Notes: generated by a model from the letters alone, not told the origin. 64,000 nt of DNA from Candidatus Nanoarchaeia archaeon (GCA_028714375.1 JAQTMK010000002.1:21812-85811); one strand, 5' to 3'; positions 17,899 to 28,128 are shown, numbered from the stretch's first letter. Translations and numbers: made by a program.

Positions 17899-19320
17899 TT
17901 ACTTCTTCATAATTCTTTTTATAATGGACATCGGACTTACATATCCTCCCATTAACTGGTGGAATCCTTTAACCCTTTTCTTGAATTCATAAAAAGAATT
18001 TATTTTAGATAGTTGATGGATAATATACCCAGGTCTGAAATAAAAACTCTTCAAAAAATATTTTTGCATTTTTCTTACTTGCTCTGGTGTAAAATCTTTA
18101 GTTTTTATAACGCCCAATTCCATATAATCCATCTTTTCCCAATCCAGTTCTTCCATCTCACCAAATTTTTTGACCAGTTCAACAACCTCGGTCCCTGGGA
18201 AAGGAGTCATAACACTAACTTGAATGCAATCTGGTTTAATTTCCTTGGCAAATTTCAGACTCTGTTTCATATCTCTTATTGTCTCCCCTGGAGTCCCAAC
18301 AATAAATGTAGCTTGGGTAAATATCCCAACCTTGTTAGCTAATCTAAATGCTCTTCTCACCTGATCTAAAGTAATTCCTTTCTTGAGATAGTTATCTAAG
18401 ACCGCCTGTACTCCAGACTCAACACCAAATGAAATGAATTCGCATCCATGTTCTTTCATTTTTATCAGCAAATCTTCATCAACTAAATTAACTCTTGTAT
18501 TGCATCCCCATTTAATTTTTATCCCCCTCTGTTTCAAAATTTCAAATATTTCAATAGCCCATTTCTTGTTCATAGTAAAAGAATCATCATTAAACCATAT
18601 ACCTTTAATGTAATAGGTTTTAACCAAATGTTCGATTTCATCAGCATAGTTTTTAGCACTTCGGAAAAATACTTTTCCATTACAATTTAAGTTAGTTGCA
18701 CAGAAAGTACAATGATAAGGACATCCTCTCGTACCAATTACTGTAGTAGATGGGCTTGGAACAGTCCAACTGGACCTCCCAACACTATATTCTAAGTATT
18801 TATCCATAGGCAATAAATCTCTTGCAGGAAAAGGCAGCTCATCTAAGTTCTCAATAAAGGTTTCAGCACCAGTAAATTTTATTTTTTCATTTTCTTTGTA
18901 ATAAATCCCCTTTACACTCTTAATATTTTTTCCGCTCTTTAATGCATCTAGCAGATTAACTATTATCTTTTCCCCCTGCCCCTTAATAACTACATCAAAA
19001 CCATAAGAGTTAAGCATATCTTCTGGTAAAGTAGAAGGATGGACTCCCCCCGCAACAAAAATAGCATTAGAAACATTAATTCTTATATCACTAACTAGAG
19101 ATTTCATATCTTTAAGCATGTCTGTCATAAAGCCAATTCCAATCACGTCAGGTTTAATTTCTCTAACCTGTTTGATTAAATCCTCGCGACTAGTATTAAA
19201 TGTGCAATCTATTATACTAACCTCCAATCCATTTTTTCTCATATAAGAAGCCAAATAAGCAATTCCCAACGGTGGGCTGCTATAAGGAAAAAATCTTGGA
19301 TATATCAATAAAGTTTTCAT
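17899..19320 (-). CDS. B12-binding-domain radical SAM enzyme (class B radical SAM; probable methyltransferase/tailoring enzyme)
   Basis: N-terminal cobalamin-binding-like Rossmann domain (LLIYPRF...PLGIAYLASYMRKNGLEVSIID) followed by the CxxxCxxC cluster GTRGCPYHCTFCATN. Confidence 0.85.
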   Translation of the reverse strand: MKTLLIYPRFFPYSSPPLGIAYLASYMRKNGLEVSIIDCTFNTSREDLIKQVREIKPDVIGIGFMTDMLKDMKSLVSDIRINVSNAIFVAGGVHPSTLPEDMLNSYGFDVVIKGQGEKIIVNLLDALKSGKNIKSVKGIYYKENEKIKFTGAETFIENLDELPFPARDLLPMDKYLEYSVGRSSWTVPSPSTTVIGTRGCPYHCTFCATNLNCNGKVFFRSAKNYADEIEHLVKTYYIKGIWFNDDSFTMNKKWAIEIFEILKQRGIKIKWGCNTRVNLVDEDLLIKMKEHGCEFISFGVESGVQAVLDNYLKKGITLDQVRRAFRLANKVGIFTQATFIVGTPGETIRDMKQSLKFAKEIKPDCIQVSVMTPFPGTEVVELVKKFGEMEELDWEKMDYMELGVIKTKDFTPEQVRKMQKYFLKSFYFRPGYIIHQLSKINSFYEFKKRVKGFHQLMGGYVSPMSIIKRIMKK

Positions 19321-19351
19321 GTTTTTTTACCCTATTTGCTTGTTTAAAAAT

Positions 19352-20308
19352 CTATTTCTTTAAAATATAACTAACCTGAATCCCGTTTTTATCATCTTTT
19401 AAACTTCTGGCTAACCCATCATACCTTATATATAAGGAGAATATGTTCCCATTCCTAGACTTATTAGCAATTTTAAATCCTGCATTAATAAACATTTTTT
19501 CATACCTTTCTGGTTTCCATAGCTTAGTCATCTCTTCAATAAAATTATTATTCCATCCATGGGCATTTTTTCCCAAAGCATATCTAATTGGGTCTCTATA
19601 AAACTTTTTATCCCTTAGGGCTTCTTTAATATAACCAACTTGGGTTCCAATAGATATAAAATGGGCAAGATACCATTTGGGTGTTGGAAATGAGATTAAA
19701 ACTTCTCCATCTTTCTTTAAGGTTCTATACATCTCATTAAGATAAAGCTGTTGTTGTTTAACGTGTTCCAAAACAAAATTAGATATAAAAAAATCAACAC
19801 AACCATCCCTGAGGGGCAGATATTCACTATTAGCATAAAAATCTATGGGGGAGATAGGGTCAACAGGAGCATAAGCACTTTTTCCAAAATTATATTCGAT
19901 TCCATGTATTCTTAAATTAATTAATCTCTGTAACCCCTTATGTCCACATCCATTATCAATAATCAAAGAATTTTCTTTTCCACTCAGATGTTCTAAAACA
20001 AGATTATTAGCGATTTCAGCATTATAACAATACCTTGGATTTTCTTCTTTAACAATAATTTCATTTAAAAATTCTCCATTCGTTTCTTTAAAATCTTTAG
20101 CAAAACTTTCTATGAAAGGATACAAAAATGGAGTTTCAAATGATAAGTTTCCTTGAAATTTAACATTCCTTATTGGATATGCTCGCTTACACTCTCCACA
20201 ATAGAATATTTTCTTCCCAAAAGATTCTCCCAATTTTAATCTAGGCCTTCCTATACAACTAGGACATCCCAATAAACTAAAGAGTTGTCTAGATAATGAT
20301 AGGGTCAT
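19352..20308 (-). CDS. Trm112-like zinc-ribbon domain fused to a class I SAM-dependent methyltransferase
   Basis: N-terminal LLGCPSCIG...FYCGECKRAYPIRNV matches the Trm112p/YcaR-like motif (CP.C...C..C...YPI). The downstream segment has motif I IIDNGCGHKG and a type-11 methyltransferase core. Confidence 0.65.
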   Translation of the reverse strand: MTLSLSRQLFSLLGCPSCIGRPRLKLGESFGKKIFYCGECKRAYPIRNVKFQGNLSFETPFLYPFIESFAKDFKETNGEFLNEIIVKEENPRYCYNAEIANNLVLEHLSGKENSLIIDNGCGHKGLQRLINLRIHGIEYNFGKSAYAPVDPISPIDFYANSEYLPLRDGCVDFFISNFVLEHVKQQQLYLNEMYRTLKKDGEVLISFPTPKWYLAHFISIGTQVGYIKEALRDKKFYRDPIRYALGKNAHGWNNNFIEEMTKLWKPERYEKMFINAGFKIANKSRNGNIFSLYIRYDGLARSLKDDKNGIQVSYILKK

Positions 20309-20354
20309 AGGTATCTAGGATTAAATCCATTTAATAAGATTTCTGAACAAAAAA

Positions 20355-21179
20355 CTATTTTTTGTATCCATATAAAATTATATGGGTCATAAAGGGTCTT
20401 AAAATCTTGCTCATTATTTTATCCATCCTGTAAAAGAAATTTGGAAAAAGGTTTGGCATCCAAAGAGGATTAAACATCAAAGAAGAATCATAACCCAGAT
20501 TTTGTAGATTGTTTTTCCTGAGTAATTTTTTCATTTGACCAATACTAAAATAAATTCCATAGGGTTGATGTCTTTTCCCTTTTTTTGTGTCTGATGTTGA
20601 ATATTTTAGATTTCCATGTCTGACCCACCTATACAGATAAGCAATAGACAATAAACTAACCTTATTCGGAAATCCTAGGATCACCTTATCTCTACTTACT
20701 CTGGCTAACTCAGAGATTGCTGTTTCATAGCTCTTAAGGTGATTAAAAACCGAGATACTATAAACAATATCAAAAGATTTATCTTTAAATGGCAACTCTA
20801 AGGCATTAGCAACAAGGTAGGTTCCTTTCTTATCATTTTTTTTACAATAATCAATCATATTTTTACTTGTATCTACCCCCGTAACGTCTGCCCCCCTCTC
20901 AGAGAGAAGTTTTGTAAACCTGCCAACTCCGCACCCAATTTCAAGAATTTTCTTACCTTTGACATTATTAACTACATTAAAAAAAGATTCCATCTGTCTT
21001 TTATCACAAATCTTCCCGCCTTTTGAAGAATATCTGATATCATTATAACTCTTAACAACCTCTGGATCATCATAAAAACTGGCAGTTAAAATATCTTCTT
21101 TTTCCATTTTAATCCTGACTGTTTCCTTTATCATATCTCTTAGCTTTAATAGTGAATATAATTGTTTGGATAATAACAC
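20355..21179 (-). CDS. Class I SAM-dependent methyltransferase (UbiE/type 11-like)
   Basis: Motif I ILEIGCGVGRF and acidic motif II (VTGVDTS). The 5' end of the ORF overlaps the upstream gene. The true start is probably the internal Met at about 21134 or 21107, the latter 1 nt after the upstream stop. Confidence 0.7.
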   Translation of the reverse strand: MLLSKQLYSLLKLRDMIKETVRIKMEKEDILTASFYDDPEVVKSYNDIRYSSKGGKICDKRQMESFFNVVNNVKGKKILEIGCGVGRFTKLLSERGADVTGVDTSKNMIDYCKKNDKKGTYLVANALELPFKDKSFDIVYSISVFNHLKSYETAISELARVSRDKVILGFPNKVSLLSIAYLYRWVRHGNLKYSTSDTKKGKRHQPYGIYFSIGQMKKLLRKNNLQNLGYDSSLMFNPLWMPNLFPNFFYRMDKIMSKILRPFMTHIILYGYKK

Positions 21180-21804
21180 TTAATATACCATAGCTTCCAA
21201 CCAAAATTAAAAATAGATCCAATCTATTAAATAAAGCAAATAAAATTAACAGAACAGAAGCCAATGGATCTCCATAATATACCTGTCTTACAATCCACAT
21301 CTTAGATTTAAATCCTGAAATAAAATTGTTTCCTTCTGAGAATAGAAATCTAAAGATTTCATAGGTTATAGCCATCAGTAAATAGGAAGAAATCAATAAA
21401 AATCCAAATAGCCAATAAATATCTCCAAATTGATTTGCTGCCCCCCAAGTAACTCCAAGGAAAATGACTATTCTGGAAAAATCGTTCAAAACTCTATCAA
21501 GCCAGAAGCCATAATCATTTTGTATCCCTTTGATTCTTGCTAAAGAACCATCTACTTTATCCAGAATAAGAATTAAAAAAAGCAAAAAAGCCCCTATTAG
21601 ATTTGTTTTAGCTGTATTTAAATAAAACAAATAAGCAATTGGAAAAGACAAGATTAAATAAAAAAAAGTAATCATATTCGGAGTAATAAAACTATTTTTA
21701 AGAGCATTAGCAATAGGTAAAGATAATATCCTTAAAAGTTTTCTGAGTAATGAAGCTTCATAATCCTTTTTTTTGGTTCCTTCTAATTTATTTAAATCTA
21801 ACAT
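21109..21804 (-). CDS. CDP-alcohol phosphatidyltransferase-family membrane protein
   Basis: Canonical D-x2-D-G-x2-A-R...G-x3-D-x3-D motif (DKVDGSLARIKGIQNDYGFWLDRVLND) in a polytopic membrane protein. Confidence 0.8.
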   Translation of the reverse strand: MLDLNKLEGTKKKDYEASLLRKLLRILSLPIANALKNSFITPNMITFFYLILSFPIAYLFYLNTAKTNLIGAFLLFLILILDKVDGSLARIKGIQNDYGFWLDRVLNDFSRIVIFLGVTWGAANQFGDIYWLFGFLLISSYLLMAITYEIFRFLFSEGNNFISGFKSKMWIVRQVYYGDPLASVLLILFALFNRLDLFLILVGSYGILSVIIQTIIFTIKAKRYDKGNSQD

Positions 21805-22678
21805 CTTTCCTTAAAATATAAACGAAAAAAATTATAAAGGTTGCGAAAAAGTAATAAAACACTCTTAATGTCAGGTAAACTGCTAAAACCAGCTCCTTGC
21901 CTGCTCCGTAGGGGGCATACATTAAGATAGCTATCCCTTCTCTTAAGCCTAACCCATTAATTGTTATGGGTATTGAAGACAATAATAATATTGCCATATT
22001 CAATAAAACAACTGTAATTAAACTAATCTCAAATCCCATCGCCTTAAAGGCAAACCAAAAAGCTATTCCGGTAACCCCCCATTTAAGAACTGTAAGTATA
22101 AGATTAAGGATAATTTTCATATAATTTTCTAAGATATAAAGTCTAGCTTCAGCAATATATCCATAAATCCTCTTAAAGAATATTTTAGCAATAAAATAAA
22201 AGATTAAACCAAGAATAATAACCCCCACTATCAAATAAAGAATATATTTCATTGGGATAAGTTTAGGGAGAATAAAAAAAGAAAATAGAACTAAAACAAT
22301 AAGAGTTATCGTTTTATCCAGGATCATATAAAACACAGATTTATGATATTCAATGTTTTCTTTTTTTAGAAAAAAGGCTATTGAAAACTCTCCAAGTCTT
22401 CCAGGAAGAAAACAACCATAAGCCCAGCTCAATGAATAATATCCCAAAAATTTCTTTAGATCAAATTCTTTTGGTAAAAAAATATATACTGAATAAGCAG
22501 AAAGTAACAAAGCGATTAACAATAAAACAAGAACAACCAAGATATAGACTAAATTAATATTCTCGAATATAAAAAAAAACTCTTTAAAATCCACTTTCCA
22601 TAAAATAAATAAAATAATAGCTGCAGAAACAAAAATCCTAAGCAGATTCCTAAACACTCTTTTTTTATCCATTTTCAA
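21788..22678 (-). CDS. Flippase-like / LPG-synthase-TM (UPF0104) family integral membrane protein
   Basis: Eight predicted TM segments and the N-terminal RNLLRIFVSAAIILFILWKVDFKEF typical of this family, which is often paired with GT2 or lipid-headgroup enzymes. Confidence 0.5.
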   Translation of the reverse strand: MKMDKKRVFRNLLRIFVSAAIILFILWKVDFKEFFFIFENINLVYILVVLVLLLIALLLSAYSVYIFLPKEFDLKKFLGYYSLSWAYGCFLPGRLGEFSIAFFLKKENIEYHKSVFYMILDKTITLIVLVLFSFFILPKLIPMKYILYLIVGVIILGLIFYFIAKIFFKRIYGYIAEARLYILENYMKIILNLILTVLKWGVTGIAFWFAFKAMGFEISLITVVLLNMAILLLSSIPITINGLGLREGIAILMYAPYGAGKELVLAVYLTLRVFYYFFATFIIFFVYILRKDVRFK

Positions 22679-24138
22679 CCTTTATAAAACATGATTCTCG
22701 AGATAATTGAACTAACTCCTCTAATGATCCTTCTTATATCTTTTAAGTTTCTTATAGACCTCATATTCTGGAAGATAACTCTGGGAGAAGTGTAATATCT
22801 CAGGTTCATCTTTCTTATAATCCCATTTAGTTCTTTCTTAGAAAGATATTTGGTTTTCATAACAGCGCCATGACAACCATCAAAATCTTCCCAAGAATTA
22901 TATTCAAATAAATTCATAGATCTAGCCTCTTCATACAATTTTGTTCCAGGGAATGCCGCAGCCAATGTAAATTGCACATAATCTGCATGAACTTGTTTTG
23001 CAAATTTAATAGTTTCACTGATTGTTTCTTTTGACTCTTCTGGTAATCCAATAACAAAACTTCCAGAAGACATGATCCCTGCTTTTTTAGTTAATTTAAC
23101 CGCATTAATTATTTGTTCTTTAGTTATCCCTTTAGAGGAGGTTTTTAATATTTTATCGCTGCCAGATTCAAAACCATAAAAAATATCTTTGCATCCAGCT
23201 TTTTTCATTAATCCCAATGTTTCTTCGTCAACATTATTAACTCTAGCCATGCACCTCCATATCAGATTGATTTTTCTTTTTATTAATTCATTGCATAACT
23301 CCCTTACTCTTTCCTTATCTATTAGGAAAGAATCATCATCAAAATAAATTTCATCTATATTGTAATTTCTTTTCAAAAACTCTATTTCTTCTGCTACATT
23401 CTTTGCAGACCTTGCCCTAAATTTATGACCATATAAAGTATCAGGCCATAAACAAAAAGTACACCGATAAGGACACCCCCTAGTAGAAATTAATAACGCA
23501 GCTTTTTTACCAGTATAAAATGCTTGTTGATATTTTTCAATTCTAAAGTCTTCTCTGTCAGCAAAAGGCAACTCATCCAAATTATCAATCAATTCTCTTG
23601 GATCATTAACAATTACCTTATCTTTTTCCCTATAAGTAATCCCCCTAATCTCTTTAACACCTTTTTTATTAGAATAATTGTTACACAATTCCAATAAAGT
23701 ACAATCAAGTTCTCCTTTTATTATAAGATCTACAAATTTGTAATTCTCAATAATTTCTTTGTCAAAATAACTTGCATGAGGCCCCCACAAAACAACTAAA
23801 CAGTTAACTTCTTTTTTGATTTGAAAAGCTGTTTCCAAATCATACATTATTGATGGTGTTGAAACTTCTAGTAAGATAATTTCAGGATTAAATTTTTTGA
23901 CATAATCAACAAAAGCAGGGATCCCAAACTCTTTTTCCACAGCATCAATACCTTTTGCATCAAAACCATTTTTCTTAAGAACTGCCAAAGCAGTCGCTAA
24001 ATAAACTGGGAAAGTTAAAACTTTATCTCCCCTCCTGTGTGGCCATCTAATGTTGGTCCTCGTTCCATATCCTTCTCCAGGCCAAGGAGGATTAGCAATT
24101 AAAACTCTCATATTAATCAATATTTCTCCAAACAACAA
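22675..24138 (-). CDS. B12-binding-domain radical SAM enzyme
   Basis: N-terminal B12-binding-like domain plus STRGCPYRCTFCLWP (CxxxCxxC). Paralogous to the radical SAM enzymes at 17899, 33634, 35165 and 45097. Confidence 0.85.
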   Translation of the reverse strand: MLFGEILINMRVLIANPPWPGEGYGTRTNIRWPHRRGDKVLTFPVYLATALAVLKKNGFDAKGIDAVEKEFGIPAFVDYVKKFNPEIILLEVSTPSIMYDLETAFQIKKEVNCLVVLWGPHASYFDKEIIENYKFVDLIIKGELDCTLLELCNNYSNKKGVKEIRGITYREKDKVIVNDPRELIDNLDELPFADREDFRIEKYQQAFYTGKKAALLISTRGCPYRCTFCLWPDTLYGHKFRARSAKNVAEEIEFLKRNYNIDEIYFDDDSFLIDKERVRELCNELIKRKINLIWRCMARVNNVDEETLGLMKKAGCKDIFYGFESGSDKILKTSSKGITKEQIINAVKLTKKAGIMSSGSFVIGLPEESKETISETIKFAKQVHADYVQFTLAAAFPGTKLYEEARSMNLFEYNSWEDFDGCHGAVMKTKYLSKKELNGIIRKMNLRYYTSPRVIFQNMRSIRNLKDIRRIIRGVSSIISRIMFYKG

Positions 24139-24171
24139 CCTATTTAAAGGTTATTGTAATAGAAAATCACC

Positions 24172-25305
24172 ATGAAACAAAATCAATTTTCTAGGACTGA
24201 ACAATTAGGATATTTCATACTCTCAAGGTTACCATTCAAGAAAAATATACTAAAGATTTTAAATAAAAAAAGGTTGGATAATATTAAAAAATTGAAAACT
24301 CCACTAAATCTTGTTTATTACATTACCAATAATTGTAACCTAAGATGTAAACATTGTTTCTACTGGAAGAACCTTAACAAAAATAATAAGAATGAATTAA
24401 CCCAGGAAGAACTGATTAAAATAGCAAAGAGTCTGAAACATCCATTAAATGTTTTATCAATAACTGGAGGAGAACCCTTTCTGAGAAAAGACATAGTTGA
24501 GGTTTGTGATCTTTTTTACAAACATAATAACACAAAGAGGATTAACATAACAACAAATGGCTTTGACTCAGAATTTATTTATGAGTCCGTAAAAAGAATC
24601 CTAAAGGATAATCCAAGGAAAAGACTTACGATCTTTATATCTCTTGATGGTATGGAATCCACCAATAATAAGATAAGAAGTAATGACAAGGCGTTTGCAA
24701 AGGCAACAGAAACAATAAAAAAATTAAAGCAAATTAAAAATTCGAACCTCTCATTACTGATTGCAACAACGATCCATAAAGAAAACTACCGAGAACTTCC
24801 TGAATTAATTAATTATTTAAAACTACTCAAGGTTGTACATAAGTTCAATCTATTAAGGGATAGTTCTATGGTTTTAGGTGTTGATAAAGACCTTACCTAT
24901 AATTTTAACCCACAATACTTCCATCCTCTTGAAAAAGAAGAGTTGTTCCATGTACACTCCTTAATAAAAGAAAACATAACAAATTTGCCATCCAAAGTAG
25001 AAGCACTAAAAATAAAAAATTCAATAGAAATTATCTTAAATAAAATTTCACCAGTAAAATGCCTCGCAAGATACACGGATGCAGTTCTGTTCCCAGAAGG
25101 AGATATCTCAATCTGTGAACCAACAAAAACTTTTACAAATATAAGAGATTATAACTATGATTTTTATAGGTTATGGAATTCTGAAGAAACTAAAAAAATA
25201 AAAGAAAAATTAAGGAATTGCAGTTGTATACAACCTGAAAACTTATTAAATTCAATGAAATACGATACAAATACCCTTACAAATGTATTTTCTCGCAAAT
25301 ACTGA
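24172..25305 (+). CDS. Radical SAM enzyme with a Cys-containing C-terminal (twitch/SPASM-like) extension
   Basis: YYITNNCNLRCKHCFY (CxxxCxxC), GGEPFL glycine-rich SAM motif, and C-terminal cysteines (CLARY...ICEPT...CSCIQ). Confidence 0.75.
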   Translation: MKQNQFSRTEQLGYFILSRLPFKKNILKILNKKRLDNIKKLKTPLNLVYYITNNCNLRCKHCFYWKNLNKNNKNELTQEELIKIAKSLKHPLNVLSITGGEPFLRKDIVEVCDLFYKHNNTKRINITTNGFDSEFIYESVKRILKDNPRKRLTIFISLDGMESTNNKIRSNDKAFAKATETIKKLKQIKNSNLSLLIATTIHKENYRELPELINYLKLLKVVHKFNLLRDSSMVLGVDKDLTYNFNPQYFHPLEKEELFHVHSLIKENITNLPSKVEALKIKNSIEIILNKISPVKCLARYTDAVLFPEGDISICEPTKTFTNIRDYNYDFYRLWNSEETKKIKEKLRNCSCIQPENLLNSMKYDTNTLTNVFSRKY

Positions 25306-26431
25306 CAATTTCATCAGCCAAGAGATTATCATTAAATTTCTTAGAATCAATAAATCCATTTTTTCTTATTTTTTCTCTAAGTTTATCATCATGATATAAT
25401 ATTAAAATTTTTTCAGCTAAATCCCCAGCATTTTCTACTCTATATAGTAATCCATTTTCTTTATCTCTTACAACTTCTTTAATTGAAGTCAGATTTGGAG
25501 CAATTATCGGCAGATTACATGCCCAATATTCAAAGGTTCTCAAGGTGATCCTTATCTTGCCGGATAATCTGTCTGGCAGAATAACTAAGCCAATATCCGC
25601 ATCTGACATATACTGCCTGACCTCATCCTGACTAACCCAACCAGTAAATTTAAAATTCCTGCTTAGATTGTTGGTTTTAACCTGCTCTTTAAGGATTGGG
25701 AGCATTTTACCATCTCCCACGACCCAACATTCAAAATTTTTAATTTGATTAATAACCAATTTGACACAAGGAACCAAAATCTCTAAACCATCTTGGGGGT
25801 CCATCCCCCCTTGTATAACCACCACAAATTTTTTATTATTCCTCTTTCTAGAAGAATAAAACTTATTCAAATCAACTCCATCATAAACTATTTCAACTTC
25901 CCGATGATATTTATCCTCAAGATATTTTTTGATAAATTTCGTATTGCTGATCACTTTGTCTGCATTTCTCATAGTCCATCCTTCAAAAAATCCTGCAAGA
26001 TTAGATAAAAATCCTTTGAAACCTTTGGTGTCCCTAACAAATTCAGCAACAAAATCCGTAGGATCAAAAATAACTGGAATATTTAAGATTTTACCAACTA
26101 ACAAAGAAGGGAAACCACAGATTGCATTATGCACAAAAATTAAATCAATTTTATTTTTTTTAACAATTCTTAATAATTTTATAAACAAAAAAGGATTATA
26201 AACTGCGTATTTAACTATCTTTTTTTTATCATTCCTATCAATATATTTCATCTTAACAAAGTTAATCCCAGTTTTGCTGCTCACCTCTTCCTCGGATCCT
26301 TCAAATGGAGAAAAAAGGAATGTATTATATCCCTTTCTTTTAAAAGCCCTTGCTATAGCATAAACTCTTGGTGCCCCCCCTCCTTTATTCGGGATAATCA
26401 TATCATTTACGACTAACAGGACATTTTTCAT
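25277..26431 (-). CDS. GT4 (GT-B fold) glycosyltransferase
   Basis: N-terminal GGGAPRVYAIARAF and a C-terminal EX7E-like region (FEYWACNLPIIAP...GLLY), typical of group 1 glycosyltransferases. Confidence 0.8.
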   Translation of the reverse strand: MKNVLLVVNDMIIPNKGGGAPRVYAIARAFKRKGYNTFLFSPFEGSEEEVSSKTGINFVKMKYIDRNDKKKIVKYAVYNPFLFIKLLRIVKKNKIDLIFVHNAICGFPSLLVGKILNIPVIFDPTDFVAEFVRDTKGFKGFLSNLAGFFEGWTMRNADKVISNTKFIKKYLEDKYHREVEIVYDGVDLNKFYSSRKRNNKKFVVVIQGGMDPQDGLEILVPCVKLVINQIKNFECWVVGDGKMLPILKEQVKTNNLSRNFKFTGWVSQDEVRQYMSDADIGLVILPDRLSGKIRITLRTFEYWACNLPIIAPNLTSIKEVVRDKENGLLYRVENAGDLAEKILILYHDDKLREKIRKNGFIDSKKFNDNLLADEIVSICEKIHL

Positions 26432-26526
26432 AAAATTAAAATCTAAATGGTCTATTTAAGGTTTATTAAACTAAACAACCAGAATATTTTCCCAACATTT
26501 ATAAACCTTAATTTTCAATTAAAATT

Positions 26527-28059
26527 ATGTCTTCGGATGGATTAAAAAAAATATCAGAAGGAGCTTTAATAATTTTAGTCGGAACCATTCTGGCAAAATT
26601 ATTAGGGTATGCCTATAGGTTTATAATTGCAAGAACTGGGTCAGAAACTTATGGGATGATTTCAATAGGATTAGCGACCTTGGGAGTTTTGAGTGTAATA
26701 TCCACCTTAGGATTAGATCTCGCAGTAACAAGATATATCTCCTATTATCAGGAAAAAAATCAAACTGAAAGAGCAGTTGCCACTCTAAAATCCGCTCTTA
26801 AGATTACTACAATAACTTCAATCTTTATAGGAATTCTTCTATTTTTATTTTCAGATCAACTAGCTAATATATTATTCCACAAAGCAGAAGTAGCAATTAT
26901 CCTAAAGATATTTGCATTCGCAATACCCCTCTCAACAATAAGAAATATTTTCTTAGCTGCGACACGGGGTCTCAAAAAAATACAATATGAAATTTATTCT
27001 AAGAGTCTATCTGAAAATATACTAAGAATAGCCTTTACGATTATTGTAATTATAATGGGTTATAGACTATTTGGGATATCGGTTGCATATGTTCTTGCAA
27101 TTCTAATCAGTTTAGTTATTTCATTCTACTTTTCAGAAAAAAATATTCCAATACTAAAAACAAACAAAACAGCTTCTATGAAAAAAGAACTTTTAACATA
27201 TGCTATTCCATTAACAATCGCATCTATATTTCTTCTTATTATGGTCTGGACAGATACAATAATGATTGGTTTTTTTAGAACAATGTCTGAAGTTGGGATC
27301 TACAATGCTGTAATGCCTCTCTCACAATTAATGCATATCTTTACAACCGCATTCATTGCCTTGTTCCTCCCTATTATAACTGAACTTTTCGCCAAAAACA
27401 ATTTAGAAGAGATAAATCAAATATACAAAACAATCCTCAAATGGGTATTAATTATAAATCTTATAATCCTTTCATTGTTCTTAACATTCCCATCACAAAT
27501 TTTAACAATCCTTTTTGGTCCAGAATACTCAATTGGAGCAACCTCTTTGATGATCTTATCTGTTGGAGCATTTCTCTATTCTTTTGCTCTAATCTCCTTC
27601 CAAATCCTGATAATATTCAAAGAAACAAAAAGAATAATGTTTATTTCAATAGCTGCTACTCTAATAAATATCATCCTGAATTATCTGCTCATCCCAAGGA
27701 TGGGAATTAATGGTGCGTCAATAGCAACAAGCATTTCATTCCTCATCTTTTCTATCTTAATCTTCTTAAAAAGTACAAATCTTATAAAAAGATATCCAAT
27801 TAGCTCTAAGTTTTTAAATGTAATTTTCTGTTCAGTAGTATCTCTCAGTTTCTTAATTTTAATTAAAGGATACGTTAATTTTAATAATAAAATTTTAAAT
27901 CTGATTGTGTTAGGGGTTTCACTTATTATAGTTTATTTGATACTCTTAATAATAACAAAATCCTTTGGCAAAGAAGACATAGATACTATAAGAAATCTTC
28001 AACAGAAGGTGAGGATTAATTTTAACCCAATAAATAATATTCTAAGAAGATTTATCTGA
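26527..28059 (+). CDS. MOP-superfamily oligosaccharide flippase (Wzx/AglR-like polysaccharide biosynthesis protein)
   Basis: Protein of about 510 aa with at least 12 TM segments. The N-terminus (ALIILVGTILAKLLGYAYRFIIAR) is typical of Wzx/RfbX-like transporters. Confidence 0.75.
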   Translation: MSSDGLKKISEGALIILVGTILAKLLGYAYRFIIARTGSETYGMISIGLATLGVLSVISTLGLDLAVTRYISYYQEKNQTERAVATLKSALKITTITSIFIGILLFLFSDQLANILFHKAEVAIILKIFAFAIPLSTIRNIFLAATRGLKKIQYEIYSKSLSENILRIAFTIIVIIMGYRLFGISVAYVLAILISLVISFYFSEKNIPILKTNKTASMKKELLTYAIPLTIASIFLLIMVWTDTIMIGFFRTMSEVGIYNAVMPLSQLMHIFTTAFIALFLPIITELFAKNNLEEINQIYKTILKWVLIINLIILSLFLTFPSQILTILFGPEYSIGATSLMILSVGAFLYSFALISFQILIIFKETKRIMFISIAATLINIILNYLLIPRMGINGASIATSISFLIFSILIFLKSTNLIKRYPISSKFLNVIFCSVVSLSFLILIKGYVNFNNKILNLIVLGVSLIIVYLILLIITKSFGKEDIDTIRNLQQKVRINFNPINNILRRFI

Positions 28060-28128
28060 ATCTAGATACAAAAATATATAAATCACAAACAAAGAAACCT
28101 TATAAAACAAGTTTAATGGTTCTTTAAA

